32,000 nucleotides of DNA from Desulfocapsa sulfexigens DSM 10523 (GTDB lineage: Bacteria > Desulfobacterota > Desulfobulbia > Desulfobulbales > Desulfocapsaceae), in NCBI RefSeq assembly GCF_000341395.1, contig NC_020304.1, forward strand, positions 182,011 through 214,010, in the 5' to 3' direction. A model generated the notes under the pieces. That model worked only from the letters and a program-made list of their open reading frames with translations, did not search any database and was not told the origin of the DNA. Positions within the stretch are counted from its first letter, which is position 1. Each line of letters starts with the position of its first letter. A program made the translations under genes and the position numbers. Positions 10,262-19,803 of this stretch are shown one piece after another.

Positions 10262-11506
10262 CTATATTTTTTTGAAAAAAGCCCTGCCACAGGGTTTCCC
10301 GTCGAGATAGACAGCCTCAAGGCAGGAAAGTTTTCTGGGAAGCATTGCAGGTGTTGCCCGGGCAACTATAAAGTGGGCAGGCCTCCCCTTGGCAATAGGT
10401 CCGATCTCGTCAATGCCAAGGAGTTGGGTACCGTTGCCGGAAGCGGACTGTATTGCTTCAACCAGGGAATACCCAGCACTTATAAGAAGTCTTATCTCTT
10501 CGACAACGGACTCTCCGTGGATAACACCACGGCAGCCGGCATCTGTCCCAAGAGCAATTTTCACTCCGTATTGATGCGCCCTGCCTATCTGTTCCAACTG
10601 GTGATTCAGAGTTTTCACGATTACATCTTTTTTGCATCGTCCATCATCGAGTAAGTCCCAGTTATCAAGAATAGCTTTCATGGTGATGGCTGTTGGCACC
10701 CAGGTGATTTCCTTCTCAGCCATTCGCTTCAGGTTTTCCTCCCCCATGAAAAAACCGTGTTCAAGAGAATCACAGCCGCCATCCAATGCTATACGGACGG
10801 GCTCCCGGCCATTGGCGTGAACCATCAGTTTCTTCCCCTTCTCTCTGGTAATGGCCGCTATCTGCTGTATCTCTTCTACGGAAAACTGGGGTTCTGTTTC
10901 ACGGGCGAATTCCGTGAAACTGTTCAGGCCGGAGTTGATCATTTTTATATGATCAACGGAATCTATCCTTCTAGCCACCGCAGTTCCAATGCTCTCTCCT
11001 TCTCCAGAATGGTCCCCGATAAAAGCGCCATAGCGGCCATCCCGATACCACGCCGGGCCGGGACTCTTCACTATCACCGGAACCCGTGTGTCGCCTCCCT
11101 CGGTTTCCTCTGTATACCGCAGAACATCTCCATTAGAATCACCGCCATCGCGTACTGCCAGCACACCGTGTAAAAAAAGATAATGCAAATGATCTTGAAT
11201 GGATATGCGGCGATCCCGGTAGCCGGCTGTCAGCTGTCGTTGTCTCTTTCTCAAGTCAGTGGAACCCGACATGGCAAGATGGACATGGCAATCAACCAGA
11301 GGAGGCAGGATGGTACAATGAGACAGATCGGTGATCAGGGGTGAATCGGGATGGTCACTGTCGCTAAAGTCATCAATCTCCACAAGAATGGAATCCTTCA
11401 CCGTCACCAAAACATTTTCTCGAACCGGTCCACCACTGCCGTCAATCATCCAGCCGGCTTTAACATAGTGAATCCCTCCGGACATATCAGAGAATTTTTT
11501 GTCCAA
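10262..11506 (-). CDS. amidohydrolase family protein (imidazolonepropionase/prolidase-like metal-dependent hydrolase)
   Basis: LPPLVDCHVHLAMSG (HxH), HANGREP, DSLEHGFFM, ALGTDAGCRG, C-terminal IGPIAKGRPAHFIVARA. The listed start is TTG; the ATG at 11485 may be the true start. Confidence 0.88.
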   Translation of the reverse strand: MDKKFSDMSGGIHYVKAGWMIDGSGGPVRENVLVTVKDSILVEIDDFSDSDHPDSPLITDLSHCTILPPLVDCHVHLAMSGSTDLRKRQRQLTAGYRDRRISIQDHLHYLFLHGVLAVRDGGDSNGDVLRYTEETEGGDTRVPVIVKSPGPAWYRDGRYGAFIGDHSGEGESIGTAVARRIDSVDHIKMINSGLNSFTEFARETEPQFSVEEIQQIAAITREKGKKLMVHANGREPVRIALDGGCDSLEHGFFMGEENLKRMAEKEITWVPTAITMKAILDNWDLLDDGRCKKDVIVKTLNHQLEQIGRAHQYGVKIALGTDAGCRGVIHGESVVEEIRLLISAGYSLVEAIQSASGNGTQLLGIDEIGPIAKGRPAHFIVARATPAMLPRKLSCLEAVYLDGKPCGRAFFKKI

Positions 11507-12077
11507 TCAGGTTTTCACCACGCCCGAGTTTAGCACCAAAATCATCTGCCAGTTGAAAATGGCCCTCATTGGGTCCAGACGAGCCAGGTAACTGAACCGG
11601 AGCGTCAACCCCTCCAAGCCAGCGCATTCCAAGAAACTGAGCTGTGGCTTCAAGCGCCATCTGCACATTACGGGAACTATGCATGATATTCAGCCCTGAA
11701 TGAGTGGATGCAACCGCCAACCCCTTACCGGCAAGATCCGACGAAAAGTCCGGATTTAAGGTATCCGACCAGCGATCGAGAAAAGTCTTCAGTTTACCGG
11801 AAAGTTGATACCAGTAAATGGGAGTGGCCAGCAGGATGATATCTGCACTCAATAACTTTTCTTTGAGCACCCCCATATCATCATCTCCCGCCTTGCTGAA
11901 ATCATTTTGTAGAGCATCTCCAAAATAGTTCAGCCAGACATCCGTCACTGTATAATCATAAATATGCACCAGTTCCGTTGCCGCCCCCTGCTGTTCTGCT
12001 GCCCGAAGAACGCGATCCACCAGTGCCTTGCTGTTTCCATTTTTGTCTGGACTACCGTGTACTGAGAAGATTTTCAT
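11487..12077 (-). CDS. flavodoxin-like/NADPH-dependent FMN reductase family protein
   Basis: MKIFSVHGSPDKNGNSKALVDRVLRAAEQQGA; ADIILLATPIYWYQLSGKLKTFLDRWSD; typical iron-sulfur flavoprotein/NQOR family signatures. Confidence 0.88.
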   Translation of the reverse strand: MKIFSVHGSPDKNGNSKALVDRVLRAAEQQGAATELVHIYDYTVTDVWLNYFGDALQNDFSKAGDDDMGVLKEKLLSADIILLATPIYWYQLSGKLKTFLDRWSDTLNPDFSSDLAGKGLAVASTHSGLNIMHSSRNVQMALEATAQFLGMRWLGGVDAPVQLPGSSGPNEGHFQLADDFGAKLGRGENLIGQKIL

Positions 12078-12298
12078 AGATTGCTCCTGTATCGGTTAAG
12101 GTGAGTAAACTAAAACTGCCACGATCAAAACATTGCCACAATGTGGTGATTAGTCAATGTTCTTTTTTTAAACTCCGTTCTTTGACGATTGGCCACAAAG
12201 GCTTGATGATACTTTATGACCATGGTATTTAAGATAATTCTCTGTCCGAACAATTAGCCTCCACTGGCCACTACGAACAAAAACATCTTGGACACCCT

Positions 12299-13735
12299 AT
12301 GACGACAACACTCTACTGGCATGATTATGAAACCTGGGGTGCAGATCCCAGAAGAGACCGGCCTGCCCAATTTGCAGGCATCCGTACCGATATCAATTTA
12401 AATATTATCGGCAAACCGATGATGAACTACTGTAAACCTGCACTCGATATGCTTCCCCAGCCAGAAGCCTGTCTCATTACAGGGATCACACCCCAGACAG
12501 CCATGGAAGAAGGGCTCTGTGAAGCCGAATTCATGGCTGAGATTTATCATGAATTCATACAGCCAGGCACCTGTGGGGTTGGCTACAACAGCATTCGGTT
12601 TGATGATGAATTCACCCGCTACGGCCTCTATCGAAATTTTTACGACCCCTACGCCAGAGAATGGCGCAACGGGAATTCACGCTGGGACATCATTGATATG
12701 CTCCGCCTTACCCGTGCGCTTCGTCCGGAAGGCATTGAATGGCCGACCAATGAAGAGGGCGTCACCAGCTTTCGCCTTGAGGATTTAACACGGGCAAACA
12801 GTATCAGCCACGAAGGTGCCCATGATGCCCTTTCCGATGTCCACGCTACCATTGAGTTGGCACGGCTGATACGTACCCGTCAGCCGAAACTCTATAATTA
12901 TCTCTTTGATATGCGGGACAAGCGCAAAGTCGGAAGCAACTTAAATATCCAGGAGCAACTGGTTGTTCTCCATGTTTCCTCCATGTATCCTGCAAAACAG
13001 GGCTGCATCTCCCCTGTTATTCCCCTGGCCGCACACCCAATAAACAAAAACGGTATAATCGTCTACGATCTGCGCCACGACCCGTCCCCCCTCCTCACCC
13101 TGGCAGTGGATGAAATCAAGAAACGTTTATTCACCAGAAGCGAAGATCTACCCGAGGGAGTGGAGCGTATCCCACTAAAAACCATCCATCTTAACAAAAG
13201 CCCGGTGGTGGTTCCAATGAGCACCCTGACCCCGGAAGCTGCAGAATGCTGGGGAATAAATCTTAAGAACATTGAAACACATGCAAAACAACTCAGAGGG
13301 CTGCCAGATCTGAGCAGAAAGCTGCAACAGGTTCACGGGGATCAGCAATTTCCTCCCATTACGGATCCTGATCAGAATCTCTATGGTGGGGGTTTTTTCT
13401 CCGACAGAGATCGGGCTCTGATGGAAGATATTCATGATATGTCGATAAACGATCTGGCCAAAACCCGTATGAAGTTTGAGGATCCCCGTCTTTCAGAGAT
13501 GCTGTTCCGCTACCGCGCCCGAAACTGGCCCCACTCCCTTTCCCAGGAAGAACGTGTCCGATGGAACACGTTTCGTCACAACCGTGTTACCAATCCCGAT
13601 GCCGACTGCGGAATCACCCTTTCAGAATACCGTAAACAACTGGCCAAAAAGGTGATGCAACCCGATGTAAAGGAGCGTGAGCGAAAAATTATTTCAGCTC
13701 TGGCTGACTGGCCGACACTGCTTGGACTCTCGTAA
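12299..13735 (+). CDS. sbcB: exodeoxyribonuclease I
   Basis: TLYWHDYETWGADPRRDRPAQFAGIRTD (DEDD ExoI motif), GYNSIRFDDEFTRYGLYRNFYDPYAREW, HDALSDVHATIELARLI, C-terminal FRYRARNWPHSLSQEERVRW. Confidence 0.95.
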   Translation: MTTTLYWHDYETWGADPRRDRPAQFAGIRTDINLNIIGKPMMNYCKPALDMLPQPEACLITGITPQTAMEEGLCEAEFMAEIYHEFIQPGTCGVGYNSIRFDDEFTRYGLYRNFYDPYAREWRNGNSRWDIIDMLRLTRALRPEGIEWPTNEEGVTSFRLEDLTRANSISHEGAHDALSDVHATIELARLIRTRQPKLYNYLFDMRDKRKVGSNLNIQEQLVVLHVSSMYPAKQGCISPVIPLAAHPINKNGIIVYDLRHDPSPLLTLAVDEIKKRLFTRSEDLPEGVERIPLKTIHLNKSPVVVPMSTLTPEAAECWGINLKNIETHAKQLRGLPDLSRKLQQVHGDQQFPPITDPDQNLYGGGFFSDRDRALMEDIHDMSINDLAKTRMKFEDPRLSEMLFRYRARNWPHSLSQEERVRWNTFRHNRVTNPDADCGITLSEYRKQLAKKVMQPDVKERERKIISALADWPTLLGLS

Positions 13736-13769
13736 GAATTCCCACCTCAATCCGGGTCTGGGATATTCC

Positions 13770-14816
13770 TTAAAGGTGACCAAGCAGGGTATAAATCATC
13801 TGCTGCCCCTTCCCCTTCATCTCAACCTCTTTTCCATTACTCAGGAGGAAACTGTCCTTCAGCAGTTCATAGCTTGCACTGGAGACATTTATCTGCAAAG
13901 GCTGAGCAGATTTTTCTACTCGGGCAGCGATATTAACAGTATCACCAAAAATATCGTAGAGGTACTTCTCTGTTCCGACAACTCCGCCCACCAATGGGCC
14001 GCTACTGATGCCGACACGAATCTCCCAGGAAATGCCAACCCTCCGGTTTCGTTCCTTAAGAAACTCAACCATTTTCAGCGCCGCCCTGGCAACATTCACC
14101 GCATGATCCGGATCCGGCGTGGGTACCCCGCTCACAAAAAGATAGGCGTCCCCTATGGTCTTCATCCGCTCACAATTTCCAGCATGGGTAATCTTATCAA
14201 AAGCAGTGAAAATTTCATTGAGTTCACGAATAATCACCCCCGGGGAAAGCTCCGATGAAGCTGAGGTAAAATCAACAATATCAGCAAAACAGACCGTGGT
14301 ATCGGTGAAGAGTTGTGGGGCGTAGCCTCCCGTGGCTAAAAGTTCCTGCACAACAGATTCCGGAAGGACATGTCCCAGCAAACGCTCTGTTTTCAGTTTC
14401 TCAACAATCAGCTGCTGATTTTTTTCCTCAAGTTCATCCTGAAGATGTTGAATTCTAAGATGTGTGCGAACCCTGAGCAACACCTCCGAGGGCTGAAAGG
14501 GCTTGGTAATATAGTCGATCCCTCCCGCCTCAAACCCTTCGACCTTATCCCTGGGAGAGTCAAGAGTACTGATAAAAATGATAGGAATATTCTTTGTACG
14601 ATGATCTCCCTTCAACTGCCTGCAGACCTTATACCCATCAATCTCCGGCAGAATAATATCGAGCAAAATGAGATCGGGTAGATATTCCTGGGCGTGCTCA
14701 ATTCCAATTTCACCAGAATCAGCTGTGAGAACGGTATAATCCTGTTTTTCAAGGAGCTTGGCCAAAAGCCTCTGCATAACAGGAGAATCTTCGACAATCA
14801 GTATGGTTTTCAGCAT
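13770..14816 (-). CDS. response regulator receiver fused to a class III adenylate/guanylate cyclase domain
   Basis: Receiver (ILIVEDSPVM, DLILLDIILPEIDG, ITKPF), short coiled coil, then cyclase catalytic domain (TVCFADIVDFTSASSELSP, MKTIGDAYLFVSG, ISSGPLVGGVVGTEKYLYDIFGDTVNIAARVE). Confidence 0.93.
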   Translation of the reverse strand: MLKTILIVEDSPVMQRLLAKLLEKQDYTVLTADSGEIGIEHAQEYLPDLILLDIILPEIDGYKVCRQLKGDHRTKNIPIIFISTLDSPRDKVEGFEAGGIDYITKPFQPSEVLLRVRTHLRIQHLQDELEEKNQQLIVEKLKTERLLGHVLPESVVQELLATGGYAPQLFTDTTVCFADIVDFTSASSELSPGVIIRELNEIFTAFDKITHAGNCERMKTIGDAYLFVSGVPTPDPDHAVNVARAALKMVEFLKERNRRVGISWEIRVGISSGPLVGGVVGTEKYLYDIFGDTVNIAARVEKSAQPLQINVSSASYELLKDSFLLSNGKEVEMKGKGQQMIYTLLGHL

Positions 14817-15157
14817 ACAGTTACGTTCAGGAAAGTTAACGTTAGACTGTCCATCATCGATGCACAGAAAATCACTATTTCACCATTAACAGTATCAGGG
14901 AAACACTAGAAATACCACTATTTGCAGACAATTTTTTCTCACTTTTATCTTCAGCTTCAGAAATGGAGCAGCAAGAAAAGCGCTTAACCAACCACAACAA
15001 CTAAAATAATATTTTTTTTACTGAACACAGAGTACAAACAAGCCAATTCCAGACCTGCAGGAAAATGTCGCTTGGCGCAGAGGCAAATTAATGCTTTAAT
15101 GGGGTATAGTAGTTGTTTGTCAGGAACTATACATTTACCAGGAAATAATTCCACCAT

Positions 15158-16855
15158 ATGAAACTGCTCCTCCTCCAGGTTCTCTTTTTCGTAAAAAACG
15201 AAAAGGCGAAGAAAAACGTTTATCTTCTGACCCGTTTCCTCTTTTTTCTCACTTTTATCATTTCTCTGTACAGCGTCCTTTTCCACCTTATCATGCTTTA
15301 TGAAGGAAGGGATTTCAGCTGGATTACCGGTTTTTACTGGACGCTCACGGTCATGTCCACCCTGGGTTTTGGTGACATTACCTTCTCCACCGATCTTGGG
15401 CTTCTCTTTACCCTCCTTGTTCTGATATCAGGAGTTATCCTGCTCCTGATCATGCTGCCATTCACCTTCATTCAATTCTTCTGGGCACCCTGGCTTGAGG
15501 CTCAGAATGAAACGCGTATTCCACGGATCCTGCCAAAAGAAACAAAAGAGCATGTCATCATACCGACCTTTGATGCTCTCACCAGAAACCTTGTGGAAAA
15601 GCTCAGGAAACATCTCTATGACTATTGTTTTGTTACCGCTGATCAACAACTGGCCCATGAGATACAGGACAGCGGATACAACGTTATTTTTGGAGAAATC
15701 GACGACCCGCAGACCTATGATAATATAAATGCCGACCAGGCTGCACTGGTAGTAACCACTGCCGACGACCTGATGAATACAAATATCTCATTTACTGTAC
15801 GAGAAGTCAGCAGTAAAGTCCCCATAGCCTGTAGCGCCGACCAGGAACACTCCCTGGATATCCTTAATTATCCTGGCAACATCCATGTGTTTCTGTTTAT
15901 GAAGATGCTTGGCATCAATATGGCCGAAAAAACCATGCCCGTTGCAGGTACTCATATAATCGGCAGGTTTGAGGAACTGCGTGTTGGAGAGATCCCCGTC
16001 AGAGACACAGCCCTTGTCGGAAAAACGCTCGCCGAATCCCGACTCAGGAACGATCTTGGGATAACGGTTATCGGTATCCTGGAAAAGGGCAAGATATTGA
16101 CTCCCGATCCCCAGGCAAAACTCTCTGTGACCAATATTCTCATCATTGCCGGGAGTGCCACAGAACTGGAAAATGCGGGAAAATATCTCGTGACACCACC
16201 CTCACAGCCACTCCCCAGACCAACCGTCCTTATCCTTGGTGGCGGCAGAGTTGGCGAAGCAGCTGCCGGATATTTAGAGGCAAAGAATGTCCCCTATATC
16301 ATAATTGAGAAACGGCAAAACGTGGGAACAAATCACGATCATCACATCCATGGTGATGCGGCCGATATCAACACATTGCAAGAAGCTGGCATCGACAAGG
16401 CATCGTCTGTAATCATCACCACCCATAATGATGCCATGAACATCTATCTCGCCTTTTACTGTCGGCAACTCAGGCCTGATATTCAAATTATAAGCCGGGC
16501 TGGTGAAGAACGTACCGTATCCAAACTCTTCCGGGCGGGTGCAGACCTCGTGGATTCTTTCGCATCAATGGGAGCTACTGCCATAATGAACATCCTCCAC
16601 CCGACTGATACTTCCTTCTTTTCGGACGCGCTCAATGTCTTTCTAGTACCAACCCCTGAAGCATTTATAGGAAAGACATTGACCGAGCTCCGGATGCGGG
16701 AAAAAACGAGCTGCAGTCTGCTGGCGGTAAAAAACGAAGGATCATTCATGACAAATCCCGATCCGACAACAATTTTTGACGACAGTTACGAATTAATCCT
16801 GGCAGGATCAATTGAAGCAGAAGAACAGTTCCGCCGGGAATATCTGAAAAAATAA
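15158..16855 (+). CDS. TrkA-N domain potassium channel family protein (two RCK domains)
   Basis: Pore helix and filter FYWTLTVMSTLGFGDITF flanked by two TMs; first RCK region (CFVTADQQLAHEI...DDPQTYDNI); second TrkA-N (VLILGGGRVGEAAAGYLEAKNVPYIIIEKR ... HGDAADINTLQEAGIDKASSVIITTHND); two TrkA-C-like stretches. Confidence 0.88.
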   Translation: MKLLLLQVLFFVKNEKAKKNVYLLTRFLFFLTFIISLYSVLFHLIMLYEGRDFSWITGFYWTLTVMSTLGFGDITFSTDLGLLFTLLVLISGVILLLIMLPFTFIQFFWAPWLEAQNETRIPRILPKETKEHVIIPTFDALTRNLVEKLRKHLYDYCFVTADQQLAHEIQDSGYNVIFGEIDDPQTYDNINADQAALVVTTADDLMNTNISFTVREVSSKVPIACSADQEHSLDILNYPGNIHVFLFMKMLGINMAEKTMPVAGTHIIGRFEELRVGEIPVRDTALVGKTLAESRLRNDLGITVIGILEKGKILTPDPQAKLSVTNILIIAGSATELENAGKYLVTPPSQPLPRPTVLILGGGRVGEAAAGYLEAKNVPYIIIEKRQNVGTNHDHHIHGDAADINTLQEAGIDKASSVIITTHNDAMNIYLAFYCRQLRPDIQIISRAGEERTVSKLFRAGADLVDSFASMGATAIMNILHPTDTSFFSDALNVFLVPTPEAFIGKTLTELRMREKTSCSLLAVKNEGSFMTNPDPTTIFDDSYELILAGSIEAEEQFRREYLKK

Positions 16856-16887
16856 ATGGAGCCGTAATATTTGGCTGAACACAACTG

Positions 16888-17829
16888 ATGACAGCAGACG
16901 AAGAAAAAAGAGAGCTACAACTCCTTAATATTAAGAAGAAGCTGTCTCTTTATTTCCCCGAAGACAGCTATTCTTTCACGAAACAGGCCATTGAAGACGG
17001 GATAGCTTCGGGCGAATTTATGACCACTGTTGCGGATATCCTGCCCTATGTCCAGACAGCACTGTTTGACAATAAAATTCTCGAGGTGGAAATTGACGGC
17101 ACCACCAGAATATATTTCAGCAGGATCCACGATGATACCCCAGATCCGGAAGAGGTGGTGAACGAATTGGGGGAAGTAGAACTGCAACAGCTTGATTATG
17201 TGGCAGGAGACTACCTGAAATTATTAAACCATATCATTTGCCTGCCTCTCGAACCTGGCATGGGAAACCTTCATATTCGTAATTCCCAAAGAGTGATGAT
17301 TCGTTTTTTCACAACCACCAGCGCCATCGAACTCGGAACATTTTTTCAGGATCTGGCACTCGTTCAGGATCTCCCTGTTCTACGCCTCTCTTTTCCGGTA
17401 ATTGGCAGACAAGTTCAGGGAGCAAGAGCTTTTCGGGCCAAGGTGCCTGCGAGCATGGGATTTACCCTTCTTGTCAAGGGGAAGAAGAAACACCGTCCCG
17501 ATATAAAAACGGTCCCCATCGATATCAGTAGTGAAGGACTCTCCTTTGAGGTTCAAAAAGAAGAACAGCTACTGTTCCGCGAAGACGAGATCTGTAATAT
17601 TCGGTTTTTCCTCCTCGGCGATATGCATGTGAAGGTCAATGCGACCATTCGCCATATCTCCAAGATTCGCAATAAAAAAGGTATCCAGTATTGCTGTGGC
17701 GTACAGTTTGACCTTTCCACCCGCTCTCTGGCTGCGTCCATAGAGGCGTTTGTTGCAACTGTGCAACGTGCCCATTTGAAAGAACTTTCGGAAAAATCTG
17801 AAGAAAGCGGTATTACCCTTATTCGTTAG
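16888..17829 (+). CDS. PilZ domain-containing protein with N-terminal extension
   Basis: C-terminal VPIDISSEGLSFEV matches the DxSxxG PilZ motif, followed by VNATIRHISKIRNKKGIQYCCGVQF. Confidence 0.78.
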   Translation: MTADEEKRELQLLNIKKKLSLYFPEDSYSFTKQAIEDGIASGEFMTTVADILPYVQTALFDNKILEVEIDGTTRIYFSRIHDDTPDPEEVVNELGEVELQQLDYVAGDYLKLLNHIICLPLEPGMGNLHIRNSQRVMIRFFTTTSAIELGTFFQDLALVQDLPVLRLSFPVIGRQVQGARAFRAKVPASMGFTLLVKGKKKHRPDIKTVPIDISSEGLSFEVQKEEQLLFREDEICNIRFFLLGDMHVKVNATIRHISKIRNKKGIQYCCGVQFDLSTRSLAASIEAFVATVQRAHLKELSEKSEESGITLIR

Positions 17830-17831
17830 TA

Positions 17832-18470
17832 CTACGGAGCCAGCCGCTCCGCATTCCACCCCCCGCCATCGGCAGGTACATAGAGAAACCTGTCATGGAG
17901 GCGATTTTCCCGTCCCTGCCAGAACTCAACCGAGGATGGCACAACCCGATATCCTCCCCAGAATGATGGCAATGGAACATCGCCTCTGGAGAACTTATTT
18001 TTCATCTCCTGAAACTTTTGCATTAGAAGCTTACGTGATGAAATAATACTGCTCTGATTGGAGACCCAGGCAGCAATCTGCGAATCACGGGGCCTACTCA
18101 TAAAGTATCTGGCCGATTCCGTGGTAGTGACAGGGCTTGCCGTACCCGCAATACTTATCTGCCGCTCCAGTTCAAGCCAGACAAAGTGAAGATTCACCCT
18201 GGGGTTCCCCTTAATCTCACGTGCTTTACGACTTTCTTTATTGGTAAAAAAAACAAATCCACCGTCATCGTAATACTTCAACAGGACAGTCCGCTGGCTG
18301 GGCTGCCCATCGGGACTCACGGTGGACAGGATCATGGCGTTGGGATCAGGGATATCGGTGTCTTTTGCCTGATTAAACCAGAGGTTAAACTGCTCGACAG
18401 GACTGGGAAGCAGATCACCGTGCTCCAGCCCGCCCTTTAAATATTCGTGACGAAAATGACTGATATCCAC
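17832..18470 (-). CDS. pdxH: pyridoxamine 5'-phosphate oxidase
   Basis: YLKGGLEHGDLLPSPVEQFNLWFNQAKDTDIPDPNAMILSTVSPDGQPSQRTVLLKYYDDGGFVFFTN ... SRPRDSQIAAWVSNQSSIISSR ... PPLPSFWGGYRVVPSSVEFWQGRENRLHDRFLY ... WNAERLAP-type ending. Confidence 0.96.
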   Translation of the reverse strand: MDISHFRHEYLKGGLEHGDLLPSPVEQFNLWFNQAKDTDIPDPNAMILSTVSPDGQPSQRTVLLKYYDDGGFVFFTNKESRKAREIKGNPRVNLHFVWLELERQISIAGTASPVTTTESARYFMSRPRDSQIAAWVSNQSSIISSRKLLMQKFQEMKNKFSRGDVPLPSFWGGYRVVPSSVEFWQGRENRLHDRFLYVPADGGGWNAERLAP

Positions 18471-18478
18471 TTGTTCTC

Positions 18479-19024
18479 TTATCCCCGATTACCGTATCGT
18501 TCAAAACTTACTCGATCTTTTAAGAGCGAGGAATCGGGATGGCCATTGCTCTCTTTCTCCGGATAACCTATGGCAACGACAGCCTCAACCACCATTCCCT
18601 CCTTCAGGCCAAGGGTTTCGGCAACATAGGCTTCGGCACTTCTTTGATTGTCATGCTCACGCAAACGTATCTGTACCCAGCAACTGCCAAGCCCAAGATC
18701 CGTTGCCTCCAGATGCAGAAGCAATGTTGCGATGGAACAGTCCTCAACCCACACATCACACTTGTCGGGATCGGCACAGACAGCAATGGCAAGGGAGGCA
18801 TTCTTCATAAATGCAGAACCGTGAACCTTTGCCTTTGCTAAAGCCTCAATGGTGTTTTTGTCCTGAACGACAATAAATTCCCAGGGATACAAGCTTCTCG
18901 ACGATGGAGCCCGTAGCATGGCTTCGATAAGTAGATCCACCTTATCCTGTTCAATAGCCTTATCCTGAAACTGACGCACAGACCTGCGTTTTCTCAAAAG
19001 TTCAATAAACATATTTTTTCTCAC
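18479..19024 (-). CDS. nitroreductase family protein
   Basis: MFIELLRKRRSVRQFQDKAIEQDKVDLLIEAMLRAPSSRSLYPWEFIVVQD, DCSIATLLLHLEATDLGLGSCWVQ, VVAIGYPEKE. Confidence 0.92.
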   Translation of the reverse strand: MRKNMFIELLRKRRSVRQFQDKAIEQDKVDLLIEAMLRAPSSRSLYPWEFIVVQDKNTIEALAKAKVHGSAFMKNASLAIAVCADPDKCDVWVEDCSIATLLLHLEATDLGLGSCWVQIRLREHDNQRSAEAYVAETLGLKEGMVVEAVVAIGYPEKESNGHPDSSLLKDRVSFERYGNRG

Positions 19025-19734
19025 TTAAAATTTCTTAAAACCATATCGGTATCACGCCATTCTGGAAGGAGCCTGTCCATATGGCCATAAAACTCTTTAT
19101 TATGATCGCGCTCAAGCAGATGTACCAGTTCATGGACGACTATCAACTCCAGACACGCATCAGGCTTTTTGGCAAGTTCCAGATTCAACCAGAGGCGGCC
19201 TGCCATGACATTGCACGTCCCCCATCGGGTTTTCATCTTCTTTATTCGAAATTCCTTTGCCCGTCGCCCGACCTGCGGCTGCCATTTCGCAAGTAAGGCA
19301 GGAATACGACGTTTCAGCTCCTCACGATACCAGGTTTCAAGCACAGTCAATCTCATTTTACTTGTTGTCCCGGGACGGATATGGAGAGTAATCCCGACCA
19401 GCGAATCAAAGCTGACGTAATGACGTGCACTGTTTTCCACCACAGTGAGTGGATATTTTCCCCCGAAAAAAGGATGCATTTCACCAGTGACAGCCTTCAA
19501 AACGATTGCTACTGGACGTGTCCTGAAATGCTCGCGTTGCTTTTGAATCCAAGGAATTCGATTCGTGACAGCCTGTCGCAAACGTTTATCAGAGGTTCGA
19601 TGAGGCACCGAGATACGTACCCGACCATCGGGAGCATATACCGCCAGATTGATGTTTTTAACGGATTTTCGCCAGACCTCCACAGGAAGATCGTTGATCA
19701 CAATATATTCTTTATTCAAACGCTTCTCTTCCAC
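19021..19734 (-). CDS. YgjP-like/M48 (DUF45) family metallopeptidase
   Basis: ATGA-type overlap with the nitroreductase ORF; MKTRWGTCNVMAGRLWLNLELAKKPDACLELIVVHELVHLLERDHNKEFYGHMDRLLPEWRD contains the HExxH-like HELVH motif. Confidence 0.9.
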   Translation of the reverse strand: MEEKRLNKEYIVINDLPVEVWRKSVKNINLAVYAPDGRVRISVPHRTSDKRLRQAVTNRIPWIQKQREHFRTRPVAIVLKAVTGEMHPFFGGKYPLTVVENSARHYVSFDSLVGITLHIRPGTTSKMRLTVLETWYREELKRRIPALLAKWQPQVGRRAKEFRIKKMKTRWGTCNVMAGRLWLNLELAKKPDACLELIVVHELVHLLERDHNKEFYGHMDRLLPEWRDTDMVLRNFK

Positions 19735-19803
19735 AAAAACAACTAAAGAGTACGGGACGACTTAAATCCAGCCAGACGCCATACCACTAACAAAGACAAC
19801 AGA

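Noticed and set aside
13677-14258. 193-aa plus-strand ORF
   Set aside because: Antisense to the well-supported cyclase domain and overlapping the sbcB end; translation lacks domain character.
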